Positions 18,115 to 28,577 are shown, numbered from the stretch's first letter. The stretch: 64,000 nt of DNA from Candidatus Enterousia sp. (GCA_045613345.1 JAZLAT010000017.1:42005-106004); one strand, 5' to 3'. Translations and numbers: made by a program. Notes: a model not told the origin generated them from the sequence alone.

Positions 18115-19770
18115 GTGAGACAAAATCGTTATATTTTCGGAACTTTTGCGGCTTTATCCGCCGTTTTGTGTGCGCGATACGGATGCGCGGCAGTTGGTTT
18201 TATGTCGAAATATGGCGAAATACAACCCGTTCAAAATTATTCTTCAAATCCATTTTGGACACCCGACAGTCCGTATAATGCACGTTTTCCAACACCAATA
18301 TATGCAACCGGTGCCGATTTAAACACCGCAGAATGTAATAACATGGTGGAAAGTTTGGTTACGTCATATTGCGCATTAAACAATGAATGCAAAAATATGA
18401 AAATATCAGACGTGCGTCCAAAGATTATGGTGCAACTATCTCAATTACCGGGACACAACTACGCAACATCTTGTGGCGGATATATTGATTCGGTATTCAA
18501 CAATTATCAAAAAAAACACGGCAATATGTCCACGAACATCGTGACACAAACTGGGGTAAATTCGACAAAGTCAACATTAGATATCCAAATTCAAAACCCA
18601 TTTGCCGTAAAACCAAATGAATATCAAAAGGGCGTTATGGAACGCACCAATGAACTGCATGAACTGCAATCAATGAACGCAACATCAACCGAATTAAACG
18701 CAACCGAATTTCCAAAGACCGCGGCAGATTTATCGTTATCTGATACAATGGCACTGCGCAGTGCGGGATATGAACCATATAAAGACAAAAGCGCATACAA
18801 AACTATCAACATTGAAAGCGAAGAAGAATTCTTGAAGCGTTTACAGGGTAACAATAGACTTGAATATTGCAAACGCATGCCTGATAATTCCACTTGCAAA
18901 ATTGATATAGACTATAAAACATTCTGTGGCCAACCAGAAGAAGCAGAGCCTACAAAATATACAATTGGACGTGGTGCAACGATTTCTTGGACACCGACAC
19001 GTGATAAATGTACTTTCATTGGCTGGTGCACAGATTCCGCTTTGACCGACTGTGCAAAGACGCAAACAATCGGTCCAAACGAGACAGAAGCGAAAACATT
19101 CTATGCAAAATGGAAATGCGAAGCCGGCGTAAATCCTGTGGATACAAGTTGTGGCAGTTCCAAACCGCCGGTTATAAATCCATCAAATTGTCCGGATCCT
19201 CACATGGATGCTGATTGCAAATGTACCGGAAAATTTGCGCACGACCCCAAGAATAAAAATAAATGTATTTGCGCCGATTCAACAAAAAGCATCGAAAATA
19301 ATTGTGAACCCAAAGTCCAAAATCCGTCTCAGCAAGAAGCAGATGCCGAATATGCAATATTTGAATGCAGGGCCGACACTATTCCCGACGCTCAAACAAT
19401 AGGGGCAATTTCTAATCCTATCGCTGCATTTGGATGTTATACAAACCAACCACCATCTGTAAAAAAATGTTTTAAAAATCAATATCAGAACGGTCATGGA
19501 TTGGTAAATACAGCCATAGAAAGCATAACAGGTAATGTTTATCCATACGGTGGATTCTTAACAGGATATTCCCCAAACACAGTAAAAAAATTCACATTAA
19601 ATCAAATAAATGAAGTTAGAAATGCTTTAAACAATTTAACCACAGCAGACAGAAAAAAATATTGCTATACCAAAGGGTATTGGATGATTTTCTTTATGCA
19701 AAAGACAACTGATAATAAATGGCTATCTGTTGACCAACCATTTATATTATATGATAAATCTTGGAATTAA
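18115..19770 (+). CDS. secreted Cys-rich protein with an InlB-B/Flg_new-like repeat
   Basis: GTG start 26 nt after the peptidase gene and a signal-like N-terminus. Repeat segment KYTIGRGATISWTPTRDKCTFIGWCTD..TFYAKW. CKCTGKF..KCICAD modules. Confidence 0.7.
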   Translation: MRQNRYIFGTFAALSAVLCARYGCAAVGFMSKYGEIQPVQNYSSNPFWTPDSPYNARFPTPIYATGADLNTAECNNMVESLVTSYCALNNECKNMKISDVRPKIMVQLSQLPGHNYATSCGGYIDSVFNNYQKKHGNMSTNIVTQTGVNSTKSTLDIQIQNPFAVKPNEYQKGVMERTNELHELQSMNATSTELNATEFPKTAADLSLSDTMALRSAGYEPYKDKSAYKTINIESEEEFLKRLQGNNRLEYCKRMPDNSTCKIDIDYKTFCGQPEEAEPTKYTIGRGATISWTPTRDKCTFIGWCTDSALTDCAKTQTIGPNETEAKTFYAKWKCEAGVNPVDTSCGSSKPPVINPSNCPDPHMDADCKCTGKFAHDPKNKNKCICADSTKSIENNCEPKVQNPSQQEADAEYAIFECRADTIPDAQTIGAISNPIAAFGCYTNQPPSVKKCFKNQYQNGHGLVNTAIESITGNVYPYGGFLTGYSPNTVKKFTLNQINEVRNALNNLTTADRKKYCYTKGYWMIFFMQKTTDNKWLSVDQPFILYDKSWN

Positions 19771-19790
19771 AAACCCGCAAAAGGCATAAT

Positions 19791-21743
19791 ATGCGTACAA
19801 AACATATTTGGTTAGTTATTATGCTATTTCCCTTTGCTGCCCATGCGGCGGAAGCGGATTTCCAGACAACTGCGGAGATATTGGCATCTTATACACCGCC
19901 AAATACCGAATGCGCCACACGCGCATTTGCGGACGCCTTGGCAGAAGATGCAGCCAATAATTCTTTAACAATAAACGAATATACACCCGAAGACGAAATC
20001 CAAGCTTGGATTTATGATGTCTTTCGCGCACCCGAAACATTGGGTGCGGTATTGGCGTGTCCCGAAATTGCCGATGCAGATGATAACGAAACAATTCGTT
20101 TTATGCCAATAAAATATACTTTTGAACGCGGTGGTCAAACAATTCGCGAAATTGTCATAAATTATGAAACGCAACCAAAGGTATTAAATCAACATTTATT
20201 ATTATCTGCAAAAACCGAATTACCCACAAACGAAATCAGCCCGGAAATAAGCCAATTTGATGAACACGCCACTTGGACATATACCGACCCTGCGTGGTAT
20301 GCTGTTATGGTCACACGACCGGGTGCATTGGACGATTTTGTTGGACCCGATAAAAATAATACTGTGTCCTTCCAGTATATTTACGACAACATTGACGATT
20401 TATATCCACGGAATGATATTGACGGTTGGTGCAGTACCAAAACTCCAATCGGCGCAAAAATCAACAACGCAATGGTTCATGATGTTATGCGCGAACGCAC
20501 TGCAAAACATGATGATGATAAAAACAAATACTATATTGCCGGCGACCGTAGCTTGCGTTGGATATCATACGGCGAAATTGCATTAGATATTGCATTAAAT
20601 ATTTTAACGGGCGGTAGCGCAATGTTTGCAGAAGGGGCATTAAAAGGCGCACGCGCCGCCAAGATTATGGAAAGAATAGGGAAAAACATCAACACCCTTA
20701 TAAAGTCATCAGATTTTGTAAAAAACTATGTCCGCCTATCTGGTCGTGTTGCATTGTTGTCACGTCGCAGTGAAAATATTTCCAAAGTTGAAAAATCATT
20801 AAAAAATATGGATAAATTAGAAAAAGCTTTGACACGCGCGCAAAAAGGAACAAAACGGTACGACCGCATCGCGGACAGCCTTCGCGTTGCACAAAAAACG
20901 CACACGGACAATTTAGCAAAACTTGGGAAAGATGCCGAAAAAATAAATTCTGTGGCGGATTTAGATAAATTGAACGACATGCGTAAAACGGGCGCAAACG
21001 AAATCAAAGAAATTGAAAAGACTATGTCTGAATTGGCAAAAAGCGACAAAAATGTTGCCGAATATGTGAAACAATACGATACACTGAAAGATGTAGCCAA
21101 ATATGCCAAAGATCTGCGCGCATTCAAAAAAGCCCGCACCGGTAACATTATTCAACGCGGATGGCAAGGCATCAAGGACACAACCAAAAGCATTAAAACG
21201 GCACGCAGCGGCACAAAAAAATTGGACAACGCCGCAAAACTTGCCCGCAGCGGTGAAAAATCTGGGCTTGTGCGGGATTGGTTGTTTCATTCTACACGGC
21301 GCGGATTGGGTCGTGTTGCACGCGTGACATCCGATTTTGCCGCGTTGCATTTTGTCTTGGGGTTGATTGGCGATTTTTGGGATTGGACATACACTGAAAC
21401 AGGCGATTATACAAACGGAATCAAGATGAAGCCTTTCTTGCTTTTGTCTGCATCCGATATCGAAGGCGAAGATAATGTTGTAAACTATGGTTCATGGCTG
21501 AAATGGACCGGTGATTCAACAAATGCCGCGGACGATGACGCCGCATACTTGCAAGCAATGGATTTCGCGCAAAAGTTCTATCAAGATTTAACAGAAATGC
21601 AAGAAGATGCCGGTCGCCACCCATGCGACGTTGACATCTTTGTTGTTCGCCCGGTTATACGAAATCCCGACACAGAATCGCAACAACTGTTTTGGCTGAT
21701 TATGAACGATACGCCTTGGTCGACGGCGGGAACAGGGCGATAA
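19791..21743 (+). CDS. secreted protein with a Lys-rich coiled-coil centre, unknown function
   Basis: Start MRTKHIWLVIMLFPFAAHAAEA (signal peptide) is preferred over 19761. Lies 20 nt after the upstream gene. Confidence 0.7.
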   Translation: MRTKHIWLVIMLFPFAAHAAEADFQTTAEILASYTPPNTECATRAFADALAEDAANNSLTINEYTPEDEIQAWIYDVFRAPETLGAVLACPEIADADDNETIRFMPIKYTFERGGQTIREIVINYETQPKVLNQHLLLSAKTELPTNEISPEISQFDEHATWTYTDPAWYAVMVTRPGALDDFVGPDKNNTVSFQYIYDNIDDLYPRNDIDGWCSTKTPIGAKINNAMVHDVMRERTAKHDDDKNKYYIAGDRSLRWISYGEIALDIALNILTGGSAMFAEGALKGARAAKIMERIGKNINTLIKSSDFVKNYVRLSGRVALLSRRSENISKVEKSLKNMDKLEKALTRAQKGTKRYDRIADSLRVAQKTHTDNLAKLGKDAEKINSVADLDKLNDMRKTGANEIKEIEKTMSELAKSDKNVAEYVKQYDTLKDVAKYAKDLRAFKKARTGNIIQRGWQGIKDTTKSIKTARSGTKKLDNAAKLARSGEKSGLVRDWLFHSTRRGLGRVARVTSDFAALHFVLGLIGDFWDWTYTETGDYTNGIKMKPFLLLSASDIEGEDNVVNYGSWLKWTGDSTNAADDDAAYLQAMDFAQKFYQDLTEMQEDAGRHPCDVDIFVVRPVIRNPDTESQQLFWLIMNDTPWSTAGTGR

Positions 21744-21806
21744 AAAACCTGTTGTCTTTTATGCACGATTTTTGATATAATAAGACCTAAGGAAAGGAGA
21801 TTTAAT

Positions 21807-22124
21807 ATGCGCAAACTTTTTGTGATGATTGTTGGTATATTTATGTGCGCCGCATCGGCAAACGCATATCAAGTTATGTCTTCACGTGAATTGGGGCAGG
21901 GTGATGCAAAAAATCAAAACGTTGTTGTAAAATGCACAACCGAATTGGGAAAATTATCGAATCAAACTTGCTCGCTGCGTCGCTATGTAAAATGCACCGG
22001 TACGGGTGTGCGTAAAAATTGCGGTGGGTGGCAAGGATGGCGCGACCTGCGCAATCCCGAAAAGCAATATTCTGATTGGAAAACCGCGGCGAACGAATGC
22101 TGTCGCACGATGGGATTACGGTAA
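21807..22124 (+). CDS. small secreted Cys-rich protein (105 aa, 8 Cys)
   Basis: GGAAAGGAG RBS and signal peptide MRKLFVMIVGIFMCAASANA. Confidence 0.6.
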   Translation: MRKLFVMIVGIFMCAASANAYQVMSSRELGQGDAKNQNVVVKCTTELGKLSNQTCSLRRYVKCTGTGVRKNCGGWQGWRDLRNPEKQYSDWKTAANECCRTMGLR

Positions 22125-22183
22125 AAAATATCATCATATAAATAACATGAATCGCGCACGTTACGGTGCGCGATAATAAATTC

Positions 22184-22259
22184 TGGTGGAGCTGATGGGA
22201 CTCAAACCCACGACCTCTACGATGCGAACGTAGCGCTCTATCAACTGAGCTACAACCCC
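22184..22259 (-). tRNA. tRNA-Ala (anticodon CGC)
   Basis: GGGGTTGTAGCTCAG..CTACG-TTCGCAT-CGTAG..GGTTTGAGTCC..CAGCTCCACCA. The G3:U70 identity pair is present. Confidence 0.9.
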
Positions 22260-22269
22260 AAAACTTTTG

Positions 22270-22354
22270 TGGTGGGCATAAGAAGACTCGAACTTCCAAG
22301 GGTCGCCCCACTAGTACCTGAAACTAGCGCGTCTACCAATTCCGCCATATGCCC
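22270..22354 (-). tRNA. tRNA-Leu (anticodon CAG)
   Basis: GGGCATATGGCGGAATTGGTAGACGC..CTAGT-TTCAGGT-ACTAG, a long variable arm, and GTTCGAGTC..TATGCCCACCA. Confidence 0.9.
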
Positions 22355-22376
22355 CTACGCCCTTACAGCGATTGCT

Positions 22377-22405
22377 ATACTAACGCAATCTTTACCGTTT
22401 TGCAA
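22377..22405 (-). promoter_or_regulatory. candidate promoter for the tRNA-Leu(CAG)/tRNA-Ala pair
   Basis: On the minus strand: TTGCAA, 17-nt spacer, TAGTAT, about 20 nt upstream of the tRNA 5' end. Confidence 0.4.
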
Positions 22406-22468
22406 GCGGAAAATATAAAATTACGGACATTATGTTAACAAAACAGCCCCAACACATAAATTTTTTTC

Positions 22469-22497
22469 TTGCGAATGGCGAAACATATTGATATTAT
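22469..22497 (+). promoter_or_regulatory. candidate promoter for the tRNA-Leu(TAA)/tRNA-Val pair
   Basis: TTGCGA, 17-nt spacer, TATTAT, about 17 nt upstream of the tRNA 5' end. Confidence 0.4.
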
Positions 22498-22514
22498 GTG
22501 TTCCGTCGACACGC

Positions 22515-22601
22515 GGGGATATGGCGGAATGGTAGACGCTGAGGACTTAAAATCCTTTGGTCATTGCGACCGTGTGGGTTCAAGTCCCACTATCCCCACC
22601 A
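22515..22601 (+). tRNA. tRNA-Leu (anticodon TAA)
   Basis: GGGGATATGGCGGAATGGTAGACGC..GAGGA-CTTAAAA-TCCTT, a long variable arm, and GGTTCAAGTCCCAC TATCCCCACCA. Confidence 0.9.
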
Positions 22602-22611
22602 CAAAATTTTT

Positions 22612-22688
22612 GGATGAGTAGCTCAGTTGGTTAGAGCATCACGTTCACATCGTGGGGGTCGCTGGTTCGAGTCCAGTCTCATCCACCA
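22612..22688 (+). tRNA. tRNA-Val (anticodon CAC)
   Basis: GGATGAGTAGCTCAGTTGGTTAGAGC..TCACG-TTCACAT-CGTGG..GGTTCGAGTCC..CTCATCCACCA. Confidence 0.9.
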
Positions 22689-22689
22689 T

Positions 22690-22738
22690 TACAATTTGTT
22701 GACCCGCACAATCAAGTGCGGGCTTACAAATTGTTACC
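22690..22738. terminator. hairpin after the tRNA pair
   Basis: ACAATTTGT..CCCGCAC-AATCAA-GTGCGGG..ACAAATTGT nested stems. Confidence 0.5.
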
Positions 22739-22779
22739 TGTCACGGCGCAGCAAAACGGAGACGGATGCCACGCCAGAA

Positions 22780-25425
22780 TTATTTCACACCATCTGGCAA
22801 ATCTGAGGGGATTTTATCCGTATCACAATCATTCTGATGATTAAACGGACAAACCTGATTGGTTGACGTATTTACATTTGATGTGCACCAAAAATTATTA
22901 TTATTACTATAACCTACCGTCATGCTGCTGCTATCACACGCCTCGTCTTTTGCTTCGGTGTCAACCGGTATACCCGCAAAACATTTACTTATCTGACCAT
23001 CTTTACTTCTGCGACCACCGTTTTCCCAACAAGAACATATCCCCCATGCCCGTATATCTACATCCAAATTATAGTATGCGGGACACATATTTTCTGCATT
23101 ATTAACCGCATTAATCCCATATTGAACAAACGGATAAGTAGAACCAGAATCCTTATAAACACATAAAGTATCATCACTATCCACCCCATACCTATTATGA
23201 TCCAAGAATTGTGATTCGACAAAGCGACCGCCTACATTCATACACTGTGTAGTAAGGCTGTCAATAATCTGGTTATAAACTTCGGTTGCGACACCCGTCG
23301 GACGCAGACGACGATTTTTAAATTTATAATTCGGGTCATCCCAATCAATTAAATCACCCGATTGTGCCCAACCATAGGCCAAGATGTTTTTATTACCATT
23401 TTCGTCTGGCTTGGTATAATTATATTGACCATATTCTGCTGTTTCTTGTTTCGCAATTACAGAATCCAAGCCCCCAAATGCCGCCTCAATCTGAGATGCA
23501 CAACTGTCTATTGCGGCAATTCGTTTTGCACACTCAGACACATATACCGGTTTACCCATCGAATCCACCAGTATCTCGCCATTGTCATCATAACGATATA
23601 ATGTAAACCAATCAAGCGCGGTCTTCACAGGCCACACAATATTACCAGAAACATAATTCACATTTGTATCAACTTTGCCGACCTCAAACAGACCACTGGA
23701 CGGATAATAAAAGTTTTCATAATTTGTGCCGCCAAAATCGTCAAAACATTGTTGCACGATGGCACGACATGCCACCAACGTATCTTTATCGGCCTGCATT
23801 TGCATGTATTCGGCAACGATATCACCCGCCCCGGAATCACGAAACATATTGTTACAAGAATCGATATAATCACTGCACATTTGCTTGGTAAGAACGATTT
23901 TATCCGGTTGCAAAGCCAATGCCGATGTTCCATCAAGTAAAGACGACATTGCCGCAGTTATCGCGGTTTCTTTATCATTATAGCATTGTGATATAAAATC
24001 AAAGCATCCGTTCTTTATCGTTTCAACCTTGGACTGTTGCGCATAGTAAATATCCAAAAGCGCCTTGTCCAAATATTCTGCCCATACTGTATCAGCAATT
24101 TCCACACAATTGTCCAACGCGTCTGCAGCGAATTTACGGGTTTTGGTTTCAAAATTTTTGACAAACTTTTTATTGTTCGGGTTTTGTGCCAATTTCTGAT
24201 CTGCGGCATCTTTGCCATATTCAAACTTTAAAAGATTTCCCAATTCATAGAATCGCACTACGCCTTTGATTGGCGCGCCTGTTGAAATATCAATAAATTC
24301 ACCATTATCCAAACACTTATGATAATTTGCACCACATACTTGTTCGCTAAGCACCGCGGATTCAACATTTGCAATACATGTCGCCAAATTGTCAGAATTA
24401 TGCTTTTTGCGATTTTCTACACGCGCCAAATCCAACATAGCCCCACCTTCACGTATAGCAGCCTTTAATTCTTTTTGTTTATTGACAATCGCGGTTTGAA
24501 CCGTATTACAGTCTTGCTCGACCGCCATAAGATACGCATTAACCGCCCTTTGCAAAGTCGCATCGGTGCAATCATTCATAACCGCCGCGCGACATGCCGG
24601 ATAAACCGCATTATATAATTCCAGACCATTGTACGATGCAACCGCACTTGCCGCGTCGGTCACACCAAAGGCATTCGTCGTGTCAAAAGTCAAATTTATG
24701 CTGTTTAAATCAGACATCTTTCCTGCAACCGTGGCATCGTTTCCACGTATAGAATTCATAATCGCAGTAAGTAACGCCTTGGACGCAGAGGTATCCGCAG
24801 TCAGCGCATTTTCACCATCTGATGCAGTATGCAAAGCCTTGGCTTGGGCGGCGGTCATACCAACCATATCCAAATTTTCGGTAAATTCAGTCAATTTTTC
24901 ATTTGTTTCGGTCAAATTCTTGCGCAAATTTGCCAATTCAATCACTCGATCATTACAAGAACAACGGCGATAATCATCGTTCTTTAACTGACAAAATTGA
25001 TCCATACACTGGAAATATGCGGTTTTACATTGATTATACGCCGCACCTGTGCGAGTATCATTTATTCCGTCGCCAACCGCCGCACGCGCCACAGTTGCCC
25101 CACGAACACCGGACCGAACCGTTGAATCGCGCGTTTCACCCAAAGTCCGCGTTCCACCAATCCGTAAATTATTCGTTCGTAACGCCCCCGCGCGACCGAC
25201 TGTATCAGAAACGGTCCGCCCACCCGTGGCCGCAACCCGCGTTGAAGTGCCACGCGTTTGGGCATCAACCGCCGAAGAACGCACAACTGTTGTTGATATT
25301 CGTGCCTGGGTATTTATACCAGATTTGGTTCGTATGCTTGATGAAGCCCCATCGCGCACTGCGGCATCCGCAGACGCAAAGGCAAAAACGCCCAAGAATA
25401 CGCCAAAAATCAGAACTTTCTTCAT
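22780..25425 (-). CDS. large secreted Cys-rich protein (about 881 aa), unknown function
   Basis: Start MKKVLIFGVFLGVFAFASADA (signal peptide). Arg/Thr/Gly-rich N-terminal tract, then many Cys pairs (CKTAYFQCMDQFC..RCSC). Confidence 0.75.
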   Translation of the reverse strand: MKKVLIFGVFLGVFAFASADAAVRDGASSSIRTKSGINTQARISTTVVRSSAVDAQTRGTSTRVAATGGRTVSDTVGRAGALRTNNLRIGGTRTLGETRDSTVRSGVRGATVARAAVGDGINDTRTGAAYNQCKTAYFQCMDQFCQLKNDDYRRCSCNDRVIELANLRKNLTETNEKLTEFTENLDMVGMTAAQAKALHTASDGENALTADTSASKALLTAIMNSIRGNDATVAGKMSDLNSINLTFDTTNAFGVTDAASAVASYNGLELYNAVYPACRAAVMNDCTDATLQRAVNAYLMAVEQDCNTVQTAIVNKQKELKAAIREGGAMLDLARVENRKKHNSDNLATCIANVESAVLSEQVCGANYHKCLDNGEFIDISTGAPIKGVVRFYELGNLLKFEYGKDAADQKLAQNPNNKKFVKNFETKTRKFAADALDNCVEIADTVWAEYLDKALLDIYYAQQSKVETIKNGCFDFISQCYNDKETAITAAMSSLLDGTSALALQPDKIVLTKQMCSDYIDSCNNMFRDSGAGDIVAEYMQMQADKDTLVACRAIVQQCFDDFGGTNYENFYYPSSGLFEVGKVDTNVNYVSGNIVWPVKTALDWFTLYRYDDNGEILVDSMGKPVYVSECAKRIAAIDSCASQIEAAFGGLDSVIAKQETAEYGQYNYTKPDENGNKNILAYGWAQSGDLIDWDDPNYKFKNRRLRPTGVATEVYNQIIDSLTTQCMNVGGRFVESQFLDHNRYGVDSDDTLCVYKDSGSTYPFVQYGINAVNNAENMCPAYYNLDVDIRAWGICSCWENGGRRSKDGQISKCFAGIPVDTEAKDEACDSSSMTVGYSNNNNFWCTSNVNTSTNQVCPFNHQNDCDTDKIPSDLPDGVK

Positions 25426-25490
25426 CTCTGGGATAAAGTGTAGCAAAAATACGAAATCTGTGGCAAGAGTTTTTTACGCCAAAATTTATT

Positions 25491-26645
25491 TTATTTATTA
25501 ATGTGTTTTAACATATCATCGGCAATCAATTTACTTGCCACACCGTCGGGACGTGTCCACATAGCATCTGCTGCCGCCAAATCAGCGCACATGCGGGAAC
25601 GATTTGCCGGCAATATTATATTATCCAACGCACCAAGAATATTTTCCGCAGTTGCACAATCACCTAAAAATTCAGGATATATAGTGCGATTCAATAAAAT
25701 ATTCACCAATGAAACCCACCGCACGCGTATCAACAAATGTCCGATTAATGTTGTAATTCTGTTCATTTTATAAACAACGATGGCCGGCACGTGCAACATT
25801 GCCAATTCTGCCGATACAGTTCCACTTGCCACCACCGCGACATAAGTTTTACGATACAAATCATATCGCACAGATGCATCGACCAATTCTGGTTTTGCCT
25901 TCCAATTTTTGACGGTATTTTTGACATACTCTGCGGTCGTTTCTACTGTGGGAATAGCGAATTTATAATTTCTGTATTCACAAGAAGATATAGTTTTAAC
26001 AAGGGATTCAAATAACGGCATAAGCTTTTTAACCTCGCTCATACGACTGCCGGGGACAAGTGTGATAATCTTTTCGGCCCCAGGGGCAGGGGAGTTTGTC
26101 AAATTTGTCGCCATAATATTTTCGGCAATCGGATGCCCAACCGCAATAGTATCCAAACCATATTTAGTGAAATATGGAACTTCGAAATCAAAAAAAGCAT
26201 ACAGTTTATCAAATGTTCGCGCATACTTTTTTGCACGTCGCGGTCGCCAAGCCCAAACCTGGGGTGCAACAACATGATGAAAACGAAGCCCGCCCGCAAT
26301 CAATTCACGACCCGCGCGCGATCCGCGTAATTTTTTAATTACCGAACGCGCAAAACCCGGTGAATCTATGGTCAAGACAAAATCAGGACGCGAATCGATA
26401 ATTTTATCCACTGTTTCGCGTATGCGACGCTTTAATGTTCGCGCATGTGCCAAAACTTCTATAATTCCCATTACCGACAAATCAGACATTGGAAATATCG
26501 ATTTTAAGCCCGCATCACGCATCGCCGCGCCACCGACACCAATAAAATTCACAGAATCCGCCATTTGCCGCATTATGCGTGCGCCTAATGCGTCACCCGA
26601 CACTTCACCCGCAATAACAAAAATCAATGGCTTTTTATTCGGCAT
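25491..26645 (-). CDS. lpxB: lipid-A-disaccharide synthase
   Basis: IFVIAGEVSGDALGARIM N-terminus. Lies directly after lpxA. The MPNKKP start gives an 11-nt overlap with lpxA. Confidence 0.9.
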   Translation of the reverse strand: MPNKKPLIFVIAGEVSGDALGARIMRQMADSVNFIGVGGAAMRDAGLKSIFPMSDLSVMGIIEVLAHARTLKRRIRETVDKIIDSRPDFVLTIDSPGFARSVIKKLRGSRAGRELIAGGLRFHHVVAPQVWAWRPRRAKKYARTFDKLYAFFDFEVPYFTKYGLDTIAVGHPIAENIMATNLTNSPAPGAEKIITLVPGSRMSEVKKLMPLFESLVKTISSCEYRNYKFAIPTVETTAEYVKNTVKNWKAKPELVDASVRYDLYRKTYVAVVASGTVSAELAMLHVPAIVVYKMNRITTLIGHLLIRVRWVSLVNILLNRTIYPEFLGDCATAENILGALDNIILPANRSRMCADLAAADAMWTRPDGVASKLIADDMLKHINK

Positions 26646-27438
26646 TATTTGATGTTCCAATGCCACGTTTAGAACGATTTTCAATAAAATCTATGGCATC
26701 CATAGCATATTTATTATTTTTAACTTCGCGACGAACGCGTGCCAATCGTTCCGCCACAGTACCATCAGTATCATGAAACACCGCATTATAGACGGAATAA
26801 ATTGCATGCATATCTTCATTTGTAAATCCGTGCCGCATAAGTCCTACACGATTAATCGTCCTGTATGTTGCACGTGGGCCATCATATATTGCATATGGCA
26901 AAATATCATTAGAAACACCCGACATACCACCGACAAAAGCATTACGACCAATACGGGCGAATTGTAAAACCATAACGTCCCCAGACAAAATTGCGAAATC
27001 TTCAACCTCTACATGTCCGGCAACCTGGACCAGGTTAGACATAACCACACTGTTTCCTATCTTGCAATCGTGTCCAACATGAGCATTAACCATAATTTGG
27101 CAATCATCACCTATAACGGTACCATCCGATGCAGGCGTTCCCGAATGAATTGTTACATATTCGCGAATACGACAACGCTTGCCGATTCGTAATCCGGTCA
27201 TGGTGGATTCGTCTTGCCATTTCAAATCTTGGCTCATAACGCCAAGAACCGCAAAAGGATAAACAATAGAATCATCACCGATTGACGTTTTACCATCAAT
27301 CACAACATTCGAAACCAATTCAACACGATCGCCCAAAACCACATTTGGACCAATAATGCAAAACGGACCAATTTTGCAGTCTGCACCAATTACTGCGCCT
27401 TCGTGAACTATCGCGGTTGGATGTATACTTGTTGCCAT
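26635..27438 (-). CDS. lpxA: acyl-ACP--UDP-N-acetylglucosamine O-acyltransferase
   Basis: Left-handed beta-helix hexapeptide repeats (IHPTAIVHEGAVIGADCKIGPFCIIGPNVVLG) and the LpxA C-terminal helical domain. Confidence 0.9.
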   Translation of the reverse strand: MATSIHPTAIVHEGAVIGADCKIGPFCIIGPNVVLGDRVELVSNVVIDGKTSIGDDSIVYPFAVLGVMSQDLKWQDESTMTGLRIGKRCRIREYVTIHSGTPASDGTVIGDDCQIMVNAHVGHDCKIGNSVVMSNLVQVAGHVEVEDFAILSGDVMVLQFARIGRNAFVGGMSGVSNDILPYAIYDGPRATYRTINRVGLMRHGFTNEDMHAIYSVYNAVFHDTDGTVAERLARVRREVKNNKYAMDAIDFIENRSKRGIGTSNNAE

Positions 27439-27516
27439 ATCTTAATCACCCTTGTTATATTGCCATGATATACTACACTAAGGGCTGTGACTTTTACATT
27501 CAATAAATATAACGAA

Positions 27517-28575
27517 TTATAACAAGAACCATATATTTGGCATTCTGTCAGTTTCGAAACGCGTCGCCCCCAACAATAATAAACCAATTGCGCTTATTGT
27601 TGGGACCGAAATCAAAATCCCAAAGAAAATTATCGCCCAAGACAGTAAAACATCTTGAATTTTATTCGGCAATTCGTGCGCGTGCCACACCGACATAGAA
27701 AACAAAACCATCGCAAATACAACAGTTGCAACAAATATCGGCACGGCTTCGGTCAAAGCAAACAATACCGCGCACAATACACACATAAACCGAACCAGCC
27801 ACTTTAATTTCACATAAGCACTTTGATGTATTTTACCGCGTGGATTTACCGTTCCGACAACAAATGCCGCCGCACAAGTAATTCCAACAACCAAGAACCC
27901 AACAAGATGCATCGGCGTCATATTTCCCAATTGAGCGAATCGAAACAGCTCTGGCTGCATCAATACAACAATTGTTGCCGCAAGCATAACCCCGATAACA
28001 CAAGATTCTGTACGCATTTGTCGGTGACTGTATCGCCCAAGCAACAAACCGAAAACCAACGCACAAACCTGTAATATTGGTCCCCACCAATTCAATGTAT
28101 CAGATAACCCAACCGGAACAAGAACTAAAGCGAATATAAAAAGATTTATAAACCATCGCAATTTTGGTGACACATTTGCGCCACCATACCATATCGGCAA
28201 CCGCACCGCACGCGTATTTATTCCGACAAATATGCTTGATATGAACAATATTGCGGCACTGACCCATGGGACCAAAGAATGACCATCGCGCAACACATCA
28301 TAATTTCCGCCCATCAAGACAACCCACAACGCGGTCATTACCACGGTCCAAAATATTGCCCGTGCCCGAGTGATATAAGGCAAAAGCCCTAAACGCGCTG
28401 CAAAATACCGCGCAAAAACATAAACCCCAACGAATAAAGGCACACTTAATACCGCATTCCAAATAAAAGCCGGTGCCGCCAAAGCAGAATTGTTAAACGC
28501 ATTGGTTGCACTGGCGACTATTAAATTATCATCGAACATTGGCTTGCCTTTTGATTTTAAAGGATTATGATACAA
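27517..28575 (-). CDS. polytopic inner-membrane protein, unknown function
   Basis: About 10 hydrophobic helices and no recognisable motif. The alternative start MFDDNL at 28539 is possible. Confidence 0.6.
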   Translation of the reverse strand: MYHNPLKSKGKPMFDDNLIVASATNAFNNSALAAPAFIWNAVLSVPLFVGVYVFARYFAARLGLLPYITRARAIFWTVVMTALWVVLMGGNYDVLRDGHSLVPWVSAAILFISSIFVGINTRAVRLPIWYGGANVSPKLRWFINLFIFALVLVPVGLSDTLNWWGPILQVCALVFGLLLGRYSHRQMRTESCVIGVMLAATIVVLMQPELFRFAQLGNMTPMHLVGFLVVGITCAAAFVVGTVNPRGKIHQSAYVKLKWLVRFMCVLCAVLFALTEAVPIFVATVVFAMVLFSMSVWHAHELPNKIQDVLLSWAIIFFGILISVPTISAIGLLLLGATRFETDRMPNIWFLL

Positions 28576-28577
28576 GC

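Noticed and set aside
21874-22311. 145-aa minus-strand ORF.
   Set aside because: It spans tRNA-Ala and part of tRNA-Leu and is antisense to the 105-aa secreted protein gene.
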